This document shows positions 9,727 through 19,140 of a DNA stretch of 64,000 nt, one piece after another. A program made the position numbers and the translations under genes. The notes beneath the pieces were generated by a model. The model was not told the DNA's origin. It did no database searches and saw nothing but the letters and a program-made list of their open reading frames with translations. The stretch covers positions 512,001-576,000 of the forward strand of contig CAWDSK010000002.1 of NCBI GenBank assembly GCA_963804995.1, written 5' to 3'. The DNA comes from an uncultured Acidobacteriota bacterium (GTDB lineage Bacteria > Acidobacteriota > Terriglobia > UBA7540). Numbering within the stretch: the first letter of the stretch is position 1; each line of letters starts with the position of its first letter.

Positions 9727-10557
9727 ATGTCATCGAACGCTTCGATCAAGTTAGATGTGTGGCTGACCGTGGGTTTTGGCGCGGGACTGTATTATTTCTA
9801 CAAAGGCTTTCGCATTTTTCGAGAGTACCGCGTGCTGATGGATACTCCTGAAATCCCGATTCGCAGTGTCGCCATGGGCCTAGTGGAAATCCACGGTAAG
9901 GCCACGGGTATTCCGCCCATACCCAGTCCTGTTACCCGAACTCCGTGCTACTTCTATAAAGTGGAGATCGAGCATTGGGTTCATGATAAGAATGGCGGAC
10001 ATTGGTCTCACATTGCCACTGATGCCGACGGAAAGAGATTTTATCTCGCGGACGCAACCGGCAAGGTGCTGGTGGACGCGCACAATGCGGAATACGATTT
10101 GATCCAAACCGCCAAGGTTGAAACGGGAGGCAGTTCCGGATTGAGCTTCGGGCGCCTCTTCTCGGGCATCGGTGGTTCCACGCCCGCGGTGACCCCTGGG
10201 CTTGACACTGACCTCTGGTCCTATGCTTCCGCGGCAGTCTCCCGCCGGAAAGGCAGCGGCATTTTTGGGGGCGGTGCGAGTGCGGGGGAGCGCTATCGGC
10301 TGACTGAGCATTTGGTGTTGCCCGATCATTGGTACGACCTCACGGGGACCTGCGTGGAGAATCCCGAACCTCAGGACGAACACGACCGCAATTTGATCAC
10401 GAAGGGAACGAACGAGCCAACCTTCTTGATCACCTGGCGAAGCGAAAAGGAAATCAGACAGACATTGCGCAATCGGGCCGCCAAGTATATTTTCGGCGGC
10501 GGGGTTCTGGCTGTGGCCTGCCTGGGAATCCTACTCTTAAAATTGGGATGGTTATGA
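9727..10557 (+). CDS. GIDE-domain membrane protein (LemA-associated)
   Basis: N- and C-terminal TM helices; DTP..IRSVAMGLVEIHG, SPVTRTPCYFY, FYLADATGKVLVD. Confidence 0.75.
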   Translation: MSSNASIKLDVWLTVGFGAGLYYFYKGFRIFREYRVLMDTPEIPIRSVAMGLVEIHGKATGIPPIPSPVTRTPCYFYKVEIEHWVHDKNGGHWSHIATDADGKRFYLADATGKVLVDAHNAEYDLIQTAKVETGGSSGLSFGRLFSGIGGSTPAVTPGLDTDLWSYASAAVSRRKGSGIFGGGASAGERYRLTEHLVLPDHWYDLTGTCVENPEPQDEHDRNLITKGTNEPTFLITWRSEKEIRQTLRNRAAKYIFGGGVLAVACLGILLLKLGWL

Positions 10558-10578
10558 CACGGAAGGAGACATACAACG

Positions 10579-11145
10579 ATGGGTCTAGCGATTCTCGTGG
10601 GATTAGTGGTCGTCCTGGTGGTGGTAGGGGTCTTCGTCTACCTGATCACGATTTACAACAGCCTGGTGCGCCTCAAGAACGACATCGATAAGGCCTGGGC
10701 GAATATCGATGTGCTGCTCAAGCAGCGGCACGACGAACTTCCCAAGCTGATTGAAACCTGCAAAGGCTATATGCAGTACGAGCAGAAGACGTTTCAGCTC
10801 ATTACCGAAGCGCGCACGGCGTTCATGAAAGCCGGTACCGTGAGCGAAAAGGCTCAGGCTGACAACATGATTACCGGCGCGCTCAAAAGCCTGTTTGCCG
10901 TGTCGGAGAACTATCCGGAACTGAAGGCCAACAACAACTTCATGCAATTGCAGAAACGCATCTCGGAGTTGGAAGAGAAGATCGCCGACCGGCGCGAATT
11001 CTTCAACGACGATGTGAATACTTACAACATTCGCATTCAGCAACTTCCCGATGTGTTCCTGGCGCGTATGATGAACCTGCAACACCATGACCTGTTCAAG
11101 GTTGCGGAGGAGGATCGCCAGGACGTTGAGGTGAAGATGAGCTAA
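10579..11145 (+). CDS. lemA: LemA family protein
   Basis: YNSLVRL..AWANIDVLLKQRHDELPKL..AVSENYPELKA..LEEKIA.RR.FN. Confidence 0.93.
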   Translation: MGLAILVGLVVVLVVVGVFVYLITIYNSLVRLKNDIDKAWANIDVLLKQRHDELPKLIETCKGYMQYEQKTFQLITEARTAFMKAGTVSEKAQADNMITGALKSLFAVSENYPELKANNNFMQLQKRISELEEKIADRREFFNDDVNTYNIRIQQLPDVFLARMMNLQHHDLFKVAEEDRQDVEVKMS

Positions 11146-11213
11146 GCCCCTGCGGGCAGATTTCCGGGCAAGCGGTTTGCACGCTTTACGCTTCCGCCCG
11201 AAAGGAGCCGGAT

Positions 11214-11807
11214 ATGATGCTAGCCATGATCGGCCTGGGGCTTGTGGTGGGACTGGCCATCCTCGTGTTTTTGGTCGTGATTGTTATCGCCGTGGTTGGG
11301 TACTTCGTGGGCATTTACAACAGTCTGGTCACGCTCAAAAACGACATCGATCGCTCCTTCTCCAATATTGACGTGCTGCTGAAGCAGCGGCACGACGAAC
11401 TGCCCAAGCTCATCGACACCTGCAAAGGGTACATGCAATACGAACAGAAGACTCTCCAGGCGGTTACCGAAGCCCGCACCGCTTACCTGCGCGCCTCCAC
11501 GCCCGCCGAGAAGACTCAAGCCGATAACATGGTCACCGGCGCGCTCAAAAGCCTGTTTGCCGTAGCCGAAAAATATCCGGACCTCAAGGCCGATGCAAAT
11601 TTCATGCAACTGCAAGGGCGCATCACGGAACTCGAGGAAAAGATTGCCGGGCAGCGCGGCCGCTATAATGAAGACGTCAACGATTTCAATATCCGCATTG
11701 CTCAGATTCCCGCCAACTTCGTCGCGGGCTTCATGGGACTCCAGCCCCACGCCCTCTTCCAGGTTGCGGAAACCGACCGCGAAGACGTGAAAGTCAGCTT
11801 CACTTAG
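11214..11807 (+). CDS. lemA: LemA family protein (tandem paralogue)
   Basis: Same motifs; highly similar to the upstream copy. Confidence 0.93.
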   Translation: MMLAMIGLGLVVGLAILVFLVVIVIAVVGYFVGIYNSLVTLKNDIDRSFSNIDVLLKQRHDELPKLIDTCKGYMQYEQKTLQAVTEARTAYLRASTPAEKTQADNMVTGALKSLFAVAEKYPDLKADANFMQLQGRITELEEKIAGQRGRYNEDVNDFNIRIAQIPANFVAGFMGLQPHALFQVAETDREDVKVSFT

Positions 11808-11814
11808 TGCCAAC

Positions 11815-11843
11815 AAAAAAGGCCCGCTTGGGGGAGCGGGCCT
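11815..11843 (-). terminator. Intrinsic terminator with U-tract on the minus strand
   Basis: Stem AGGCCCGCT/AGCGGGCCT with a 6-nt loop; A6 on the + strand 5' side, i.e. a U-tract for a minus-strand transcript. Confidence 0.75.
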
Positions 11844-11881
11844 GGGGAAAGGAGGAAACCTGAAACGGTTTCAGTCCTATC

Positions 11882-11917
11882 TTATCTCTTCTTTTTCTTT
11901 GCCTTCTTCGCTGCCAT
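11882..11917 (-). CDS. Putative 11-aa lysine-rich micropeptide MAAKKAKKKKR
   Basis: ATG GCA GCG AAG AAG GCA AAG AAA AAG AAG AGA TAA; AAGGAGG Shine-Dalgarno 8 nt upstream; matching-strand terminator downstream. Confidence 0.65.
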   Translation of the reverse strand: MAAKKAKKKKR

Positions 11918-11960
11918 ATTGTTCCCCTCCTTTGTTGGAATTTTTTGGGGCCTACGCGAG

Positions 11961-12007
11961 AGACCAGTATTTGTGGTCTGGCGCGCTCTTACCACTATAT
12001 GTAGTAT
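11961..12007. promoter_or_regulatory. Tandem NrdR-box-like operators (11961-11976 and 11992-12007), with TTGACA on the minus strand at 12021-12026
   Basis: CCACTATATGTAGTAT matches acaCwAtATaTwGtg; a weaker AGACCAGTATTTGTGG lies 31 bp away. Confidence 0.55.
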
Positions 12008-12112
12008 GCTTCGAACAACTTGTCAAGCAAAATGTTGGGCAATATGTTCGGCGACGATGCGCCGCTATCTTCCGGACGGTTTCGGTTCGCCTTTTTGTCA
12101 CGAGGGACTTGT

Positions 12113-12461
12113 GTAGCGCTGCCCTTATGGATTTTGAATTTAGTAACTTGTTTCGATGCCGTGCGGGTGTAAGTAACCCCTCATCCGGCCTCCTACGTCA
12201 GCCACCTTCTCCCCTCGGGAGAAGGCTATTATCCGGTTCCGGCCAGGGGAAGGTTATATCGAAGCGCCCGCTGGCCAAATTGAAGACCCATTCTCTGCGT
12301 ATGCCGATGGAGCACCCCCTTGAATAACCGCCCTCTCCGAGGGGAGAGGGTGGACCGCCGCCGGCGTTTTCATCAGCCGGGGCGGGACGGGTGAGGGGTC
12401 ACTTGGGGGCTCGGGGCGTTTGAGAATTCCAGGAATTCAAAAACCATAAGGTCGGCGCTAC
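12113..12461. repeat. Composite REP/MITE-like element with ~28-bp terminal inverted repeats and internal hairpins
   Basis: gtagcgctgcccttatggattttgaatt ... gaattcaaaaaccataaggtcggcgctac; internal ccttctcccctcgggagaagg and ccctctccgaggggagaggg. Confidence 0.7.
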
Positions 12462-12626
12462 GCTTGTCTGGATTGCCTCAGTGAGAGGGTAGGAGTAGAA
12501 TCACCGCGCTTGCGGCCGCCAAGTGCGGAGTCCATGCGCACACCCGACCTGATGCTCTTAGCTGAGCCGATGAACCGATGGCCAGATCACCGGATCACCC
12601 GATCTCCCGATTCCCCCAGGTGCCCT

Positions 12627-13997
12627 ATGAAACTCCACTTCCTCATCTTGGTTCTGTTGCTCGCCGTTGTCACTCAGCCCGCTCTGCCGCAGGAAGCCAA
12701 CGTGCCACTGGGGAAGGACCAGGTCCTGGATCTGGTGAAGTTCGGGTTAGACAGTGGTGAATTGGCGAAGCGCATCAAGGAGCGGGGCATTGACTTCGAG
12801 CCGACCGACGATTACCTCGCAACATTGAGCCAGGCGGGCGCGCAGGAGGCGGTCATTCACGCCTTGCGCGAAGCCAGGCCGAAACCCCTGACCCGCGAGC
12901 AAGTGGGCAAATTAGTGGCAGGCGGAGTGCCCAGCCAGCGCGCCGTGATGCTGGTGAAGCAACACGGTATCGATTTCGTGGCGGATGAGCGGTATCTCCA
13001 GACCCTGCGAGTGGCGGGCGGGGACGACGCCTTGATCGCGGCTCTCCGTCAGGCGAGCGCCGCCGTGACGGCGGAACTGGTGGTTTCAACTTCCCCGAAT
13101 GCCCAGGTCTTTCTGGATGGAGAACTCCAGGGGCACGCCAACGCGCAAGGTGATCTGACGATAAAATCAAAGCCCGGGGCCCACGCGCTGAAAGTTACTC
13201 TGGCAGGCAAGAATGATTTCGAGCAGAGCGTCACACTCGCCGCGCAGCAAGCAACCAAGATCCAGGCGCGGCTGGAGGATATCGTTTCACCGCCGCCGCC
13301 CGGTACCGTCCGGGAGAACCCAAAAGACGGGTTGAAGTACGTCTGGATTCCCCCTGGGACATTCATGATGGGGTGCTCGCCGGGGGACGATGAATGCTTC
13401 GACAACGAGAAGCCGGCACACCAGGTGACCCTGAGCAAGGGCTTTTGGATCGGGCAGACGGAAGTTACGGTGGCCGCCTACAAACGCTTCGCAGCAGCCA
13501 CAGTACGGCAACCGACTTTCAACGGCAGTCGGGCGAATGACGCCATGCCGATCGCGCATGTGGACTGGAATGACGCACACGACTACTGCACTTGGGCGGG
13601 AGGGCGACTGCCCACGGAAGCAGAGTGGGAGTATGCGGCGCGGGCCGGGAGGGCGGAGGCGCGCTATGGGGCGCTCAACGAAGCCGCTTGGTATGATGCT
13701 AACAGCGGAGGGCAGGCCCACGAGGTCGCACAAAAGCGCGCGAACGGGTTCGGATTGTTCGACATGCTCGGAAATGTGTGGGAATGGGTCAACGACTGGT
13801 TTGGAGAGAACTATTATGCCGCCAGCCCGGAGCGGGATCCGCAAGGTCCGGACAGTGGTCAACATCACGCTCTGCGAGGCGGGTCGTGGTACTTCAGGGC
13901 CAATGTCATTCGTTTTTCGTGCCGTGCCAAGGGGGATCCAGCCGGTCCGATCCCTGGGCTCGGTCTTCGTTGTGCGCGGGAAGTTAATATTCCTTGA
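12627..13997 (+). CDS. Secreted SUMF1/FGE-sulfatase domain protein with two N-terminal helical repeats and a PEGA-like domain
   Basis: Signal peptide; IPPGTFMMG, PAHQV, TEVT, RLPTEAEWEYAARAG, NGFGLFDMLGNVWEW, RGGSW. Confidence 0.9.
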   Translation: MKLHFLILVLLLAVVTQPALPQEANVPLGKDQVLDLVKFGLDSGELAKRIKERGIDFEPTDDYLATLSQAGAQEAVIHALREARPKPLTREQVGKLVAGGVPSQRAVMLVKQHGIDFVADERYLQTLRVAGGDDALIAALRQASAAVTAELVVSTSPNAQVFLDGELQGHANAQGDLTIKSKPGAHALKVTLAGKNDFEQSVTLAAQQATKIQARLEDIVSPPPPGTVRENPKDGLKYVWIPPGTFMMGCSPGDDECFDNEKPAHQVTLSKGFWIGQTEVTVAAYKRFAAATVRQPTFNGSRANDAMPIAHVDWNDAHDYCTWAGGRLPTEAEWEYAARAGRAEARYGALNEAAWYDANSGGQAHEVAQKRANGFGLFDMLGNVWEWVNDWFGENYYAASPERDPQGPDSGQHHALRGGSWYFRANVIRFSCRAKGDPAGPIPGLGLRCAREVNIP

Positions 13998-14556
13998 TTC
14001 TTTTTTCTTTTCCCTTAACGTCTTTTTGAGGGGGTTCCGGGGCTCTACCCCGAACGAAAATTCTTGGGGATGACCCATGCCCTCTGGTGGCGCGGGCAGG
14101 TCGGCAATGCCACGGTCAGCGCTACATCTCATTAACCCTCGCCCCCTGGGGGTTCGACGTAGCGCCGAGCCCGCACGGTAGCACAGGCACTCCTGCCTGT
14201 GAATGCGGCTCGATGTTCGAGCATATCGACACAGCCAGGAGTGGCTGTCCCACTTTACTCGGACAATTCGTTGCCCGCTTTGCATTTTTGGGCTACCGGT
14301 AGCCCAAACCTCAACATTGCCTATTGACATAGCCCAGTCGATGAAGCGCACAATAGAGGTGAGGAAGCGTTGCGTCCTGATGTGTCCAGGCAGTCCTCCA
14401 AGAACCACGGACCCCTTGGTGGGCTTCCAGCCCGTGAAAGGTCACGGCCAAGACCCCGATGCATCGGGGCAGGTCGGCCGTGCCACGCTTGGGTTGCGGC
14501 TCTGCCGCGCTGTAGCACTAAGCGCCAACGTCTTCGAGTGCCGCGCAGAAAAGATT

Positions 14557-14687
14557 CACCACAGAGGGCACAGAGGTCACGGAGAGTAGACGGAGAAAAA
14601 ATTGCGGGTTAACAACCAAGGAAGCGGGATCTCTACCCGCGCCATCAGAAGCGCTTTTCTCTGTGGTCTCTGTGCCCTCTGTGGTGA
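14557..14687. repeat. Inverted pair of CACAGAG-type 9-mer arrays
   Basis: caccacagagggcacagaggtcacggagag ... ttctctgtggtctctgtgccctctgtggtga. Confidence 0.7.
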
Positions 14688-15240
14688 ATCTTTTCTGCGC
14701 AGGTCCTTGCTCAAGCGGCCTAGGGTGAGTCTGGCAGCACGCGAGGCGTTCCAAATGGATTTGCTATTACACCCGACGAACACGCCGACCAACGTCCGGG
14801 AAGGGGCGCTGACTCGTAGAAATGTTAAAAATGAGGGAACCTCCGGGGATGTGTATGAAAACACAGGAGAGGGAACAAAATGTCAGGTTATTGTTCGAGC
14901 TTTTTGCAGAAAATTCCGGAGTTTTGTGACAATGGACGGCAATCGAACGGGATTGTGGGCCGACAATGCACAGGTTATACGGAAATTCGGGGCGAACCAG
15001 CGCCGACCTTCAGAGCCCTCCCCGAACACTTCCGGTTATCGGCGGGTTGGGACACGAATCTGAGCTCACCAATCGGCCTGGAGTTGGGCAATCCCGCACC
15101 CTCGATCAGGCGTCGCAGACGGGCGGAAGGTGGTGGGTCAAATGGAGAACGTAGCGGCGAGTTCACCTCTCCAAAGGTGGGCGTCCCGATAGGATCGAGA
15201 TCGATTCCGTCCCGTCGGCATCCGGTTGGCTCACCACCCT

Positions 15241-15626
15241 ATCCCACGATGTTTCAGATAACAAAAGGAGTTAGCGAAGAGGAGCAAAAACTCTCAAAAT
15301 GTAACTCATTGAAACAACAAGACTAATTCAATCTGCGGAAATTTACTCAAGCCCATAAGCCACTATGTTATAGAAAGCAAAAGGGGTTAGCGAAGAGGAG
15401 AAGAAACTTGGCAAAATTCTATCTCATTGAAATAAGGCGAGTTAATCGATTCTGTTGCAAATGGGGTGAGGGAAAAAGGGGGAACTAAAAATGAAGGTTA
15501 AACCCACGATGTTGTTGAAAACAAAGAAAGAAGGAAGTGACATTTTGACTAATGCCACGATGTTTATGAAAAATAAGCTAGTTATAGTCGCTAACCCACG
15601 ATGTTTATGAAAATAAAGGGGGTTAT
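15241..15626. repeat. AT-rich array of CCACGATGTT-N3-GAAAA-N-AAA-N3-GTTA motifs, including a ~117-bp degenerate tandem duplication
   Basis: Copies at ~15243, 15359, 15503, 15555 and 15595; TAACTCATTGAAA variants at ~15302 and 15420; an outlier at ~14843. Confidence 0.7.
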
Positions 15627-16556
15627 TGAAAGTGCGGAGGAAAGAGAAAAGAGGGACCCTCCATCGGAGACGGGGCTGGCAAGAGCAGGCGACGCGATGA
15701 TTGGGGCGAAGCCGGAAGGCGCGACAGGCGTTGGACGGGAGGTCAAAGGCGGTGAGGCCCGCTGCCCTAACCGACCCGCCGCAGCCCCCTACGACGGCCA
15801 CCAGTTTTCACCACGGCAACAGAAGACCGCAACGGCCCGACAGACTCGCGGCGAGCGACCAACGCCGCCGACTGAATGCCATGCGCCCGTGACACACTCA
15901 CCCACATCGGTAATCGGATGGATGGCACAGGAACATGAGCCCAATTCGGCCGACCGGAGATTTGCAGCAATTCGCCTGTCCAAAGATTCGATCACCCGAT
16001 GGCCCGATCACCCGATCTCCCGATCGCTCGCCCCCGCCGGCACACACTCCCCCATATCGGTTATCGGCGGGTTCGACGCCAGGGATGAGGCAAATTCAGT
16101 GGCCCGTGACAAGCGGCTTGACCCCTCACCCGCCTGCGGGCCGAAGCCGAAATTGTTTACAGTTTCCAGGTGCCCCTTCGGTGGGCGTAGGCCCGTCCCG
16201 CCTCCCGATAGAATGCATCGGGACGGCGGTCCACCCTCTTCCGCCACGGCGGATCTACGACCCCTCGGAGAGGGCTATGAATTTTCGCCTTGGGCTGATG
16301 AAGCGATCGCCCGATCTCCGGATCAACCGATCGCTAGCCCCCGCCGGCCCACACTCCCCCGCTTCGGTTATCGGCGGCCTCAGGTGAGAAGATGAATCAA
16401 ATGTGGACATCGAATATCGCCAATCACAAATCGCCATTCACAAATGACCCGATTCCCGATCACCCAATGATTCAATGGCCCGATGATTCGATGAACCAAT
16501 CCGCCAGTGCCATACTCCTCCCTAATCGAAGAAGTCTGGTCACACTGCGGGTGCCA

Positions 16557-17723
16557 TTATTTTTCAATGGAAGCCACGACCGCGTTCGAGACGAGCCGCA
16601 GGAAGAGGCCGTTGTCCACAACCAGTGGGCGACTGGTCAAGACAACGCAGATTACTTGAGTTTCAGGGTCGGCCCACTCCATGGTTCCGGGCGAGCCGTT
16701 GTGGCCAAAAGCGCGGGGCGACAAGAGATCGCCAAGATTTTTGCCAGGGGAATCGCCCAGCCGCCAGCCCAGCCCCCACGGCGCGTTGAGATGCGCATTC
16801 TGATTGGAGAGCATGGCCTTCACGGTCATCGGACTGAGCAGTCGTTTTCGGCCATCGGTGCCGCCGTTCAAGAAGGTTTGGAGCAGGATGGCCAAGTCCG
16901 TGGTCGTCGTGTGCAGCGTGCCCCAGGGGCATCCCAGATTCCGCCAGTAGGTGCTGTTGGGCCCCCAGTCGCGAAAAGCTTGCAGGTCTGTTTCCGTGCC
17001 TACCTGAACTTGCACTGTATCGGCGAGCCGGAATTTCCCCGTCCCCAGCGACGTGTGCAGCATGCCCAGCGGTTCGAAGATCTCTTTGCGTTCGAAATCC
17101 TGAATCGACATGCCGGAGAGCTTCTCGACGATCGTCGCCGCCAGCAGAATTCCCATGCTCTGGTAGCTGTAGGCCGTGCCCGGCGTGAACAGCAGTGGCG
17201 TCGCATACGTGTGCTTCACGAATTCGCTGAGCGGCGCATGGGCCTGGCGCAATTGGTTGTTTTCCGGCAACTGATCGGGGAGCCCGGAAGTATGCGTGAG
17301 CAGATTAATCACGCGCACCTTATTCCTTTCGCCTCCAGTGAATTCGGGCAGGTAAGTCGACACCGGTTCATTCAGAGAAACCTTGCCGCGCTCGACCAGT
17401 ATCATCAGCGCCGTGGCGGTCACGGTCTTGGTGATCGAACCGACAACGTAGACGGAGTCGGGTCCGACCGCGGGCGAACCGGTCTCAGAGGAAAGATGAC
17501 CAAAGCCTTTGTGCAAGACGATCATCCCATGCCGCGCTACCAGGATCGAGGCAGCGTCCACACCTCGCCCGTGAACTTCCGCATCCAACATTGCGGTTAC
17601 ACGGTCAAGCCCGGCGCGCGACATGCCCGCAGCCGCAGGGTCTCCAGTCCGAAGCTGTGCGAGTGCCGGCAGGGCGGCGAGACTCAGAACAACCAAGCCG
17701 CAGCAAACACTTCTCAGCACCAT
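16557..17723 (-). CDS. Serine hydrolase, beta-lactamase class C-like
   Basis: Signal peptide, GSITK (SxxK), LLTHTSGL, PGT..SYQS, GHNG. Confidence 0.92.
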   Translation of the reverse strand: MVLRSVCCGLVVLSLAALPALAQLRTGDPAAAGMSRAGLDRVTAMLDAEVHGRGVDAASILVARHGMIVLHKGFGHLSSETGSPAVGPDSVYVVGSITKTVTATALMILVERGKVSLNEPVSTYLPEFTGGERNKVRVINLLTHTSGLPDQLPENNQLRQAHAPLSEFVKHTYATPLLFTPGTAYSYQSMGILLAATIVEKLSGMSIQDFERKEIFEPLGMLHTSLGTGKFRLADTVQVQVGTETDLQAFRDWGPNSTYWRNLGCPWGTLHTTTTDLAILLQTFLNGGTDGRKRLLSPMTVKAMLSNQNAHLNAPWGLGWRLGDSPGKNLGDLLSPRAFGHNGSPGTMEWADPETQVICVVLTSRPLVVDNGLFLRLVSNAVVASIEK

Positions 17724-17771
17724 GGTGTTAATACCTCGGTGGATTATCAGCTATTTGTGACGGTAACGCAT

Positions 17772-18944
17772 TCACTTCTCCACGGCCGCCACGACCGCGT
17801 TCGAGACGAGCCGCAAGAACAGCCCGTTGTCCACGATCATCGGGCGGTTCGTCAACAAGCCACAAATGACCTGGGTTTCCGGGTCAGCCCAGGCCAGGGT
17901 GCCGGCCGCGCCATTGTGACCAAAAGTTTCTGGCGAAACCAGATCACCGAGCTGGCCTCCCTCGGAATTGCCCAGCTTCCAGCCGAGCCCCCAGGGAGCT
18001 TTCAAGCTTACGTTCTGGTCGGAGGTCATGGCCTTCACGGTAGCCGGACTGAGCAGGCGTCTTCCCCCATAGACGCCGCCATTCAAAAACGTCTGGAGCA
18101 GGATGGCCAGATCCATTGTCGTTGTGTGCAGGCCGCCCCAAGGGTGACCGATGTTGCGCCAATACTCGCTGTTGTCTCCCACGCTTGCCAAACCCTTTGC
18201 ATCCGTCGCTCCGGAGGAGTCGCCGGACGCCTGGATTTGGACCGTGTCTTGAATCCGCATATTTCCCAATCCCAGCGAGCTGCCTTTCATCCCCAACGGC
18301 ACAAAAATCTCCTGCCGCTCGAAGTCGCGAATCGGCAATCCCGAAACCTTTCCGACGATCTCCGCGGCCAGCAGGATTCCCATGCTCTGATAATGAAACG
18401 CCGTGCCGGGAGTGAACAGCAGCGGAGTCGTGTAGGTGTGCTTGACGAACTCACTGAGCGGCGCTTGCGACTGGCGCAACTCGTCGACCTCGGGCAACTG
18501 ATCCGGCAACCCCGAGGTGTGCGTCAGCAAATCGCGCACGCGCACCTTGTTCCGTTCGCCTCCCGTGAACTGGGGCAAGTAGGTGGACACCGGTTCTTCG
18601 AGCGAGACCTTACCGCGCTCGACCAAAAGCATCAGCGCCGTGGCGGTCACGGGTTTGGAAATCGAAGCGACAATGTACACGGAATCAGGTTCGACGGCGG
18701 GCGCCCCGCTCTGCGCGGATAGATGGCCATATCCCTTGTGCAGAACGACGGTCCCATGCCGTGCCACCAGGATGGAGGCGGCGCCAAGCCCTCGCAGGCG
18801 AACTTCTGATTCCAGCAGCGCGCTTACACGGTCAAGCCCGGCACGCGACATGCCCACGGCCGCCGGATCTCCAGGTCGAAGCTGTGCGAGCGCCGGCAGG
18901 GCGGAGAGGAGGAGAACAACCAAGCTGGCAGAGATTTTCACCAT
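17772..18944 (-). CDS. Serine hydrolase, beta-lactamase class C-like (tandem paralogue)
   Basis: ASISK, LLTHTSGL, HYQS, GHNG; strongly similar to its neighbour. Confidence 0.92.
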   Translation of the reverse strand: MVKISASLVVLLLSALPALAQLRPGDPAAVGMSRAGLDRVSALLESEVRLRGLGAASILVARHGTVVLHKGYGHLSAQSGAPAVEPDSVYIVASISKPVTATALMLLVERGKVSLEEPVSTYLPQFTGGERNKVRVRDLLTHTSGLPDQLPEVDELRQSQAPLSEFVKHTYTTPLLFTPGTAFHYQSMGILLAAEIVGKVSGLPIRDFERQEIFVPLGMKGSSLGLGNMRIQDTVQIQASGDSSGATDAKGLASVGDNSEYWRNIGHPWGGLHTTTMDLAILLQTFLNGGVYGGRRLLSPATVKAMTSDQNVSLKAPWGLGWKLGNSEGGQLGDLVSPETFGHNGAAGTLAWADPETQVICGLLTNRPMIVDNGLFLRLVSNAVVAAVEK

Positions 18945-19140
18945 AGGTTTGATATCCCCCCGGGTCATATGAGCCGTCCCACGGTACCGAGACCCGGAAG
19001 GTTTGTCAACGAACCCAAATGCGACGAGCTTGAGCCCGCTTTGGGCGGCAATAACCTTGCTTGTGAATTATCTCAGCCTTGAGTTCACAGTGCTGCTGAC
19101 TTATGATTCTCCATCTGAAAAAATCCACGGGGAGACCTCT

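Noticed and set aside
15241..15626. Possible CRISPR array
   Set aside because: The repeats are degenerate and irregularly spaced, some spacers resemble each other, and no cas genes are present.
14000..16500. Short ORFs in the long intergenic region, and ORFs over the REPINs (38326, 41641, 49874)
   Set aside because: They translate repeat/REP DNA and have no RBS or family motifs.
16392..18722. 776-aa plus-strand ORF, and similar long antisense ORFs at 5397, 23683, 30175 and 38515
   Set aside because: These are shadow frames opposite well-supported genes in GC-rich DNA and show no recognisable motifs.
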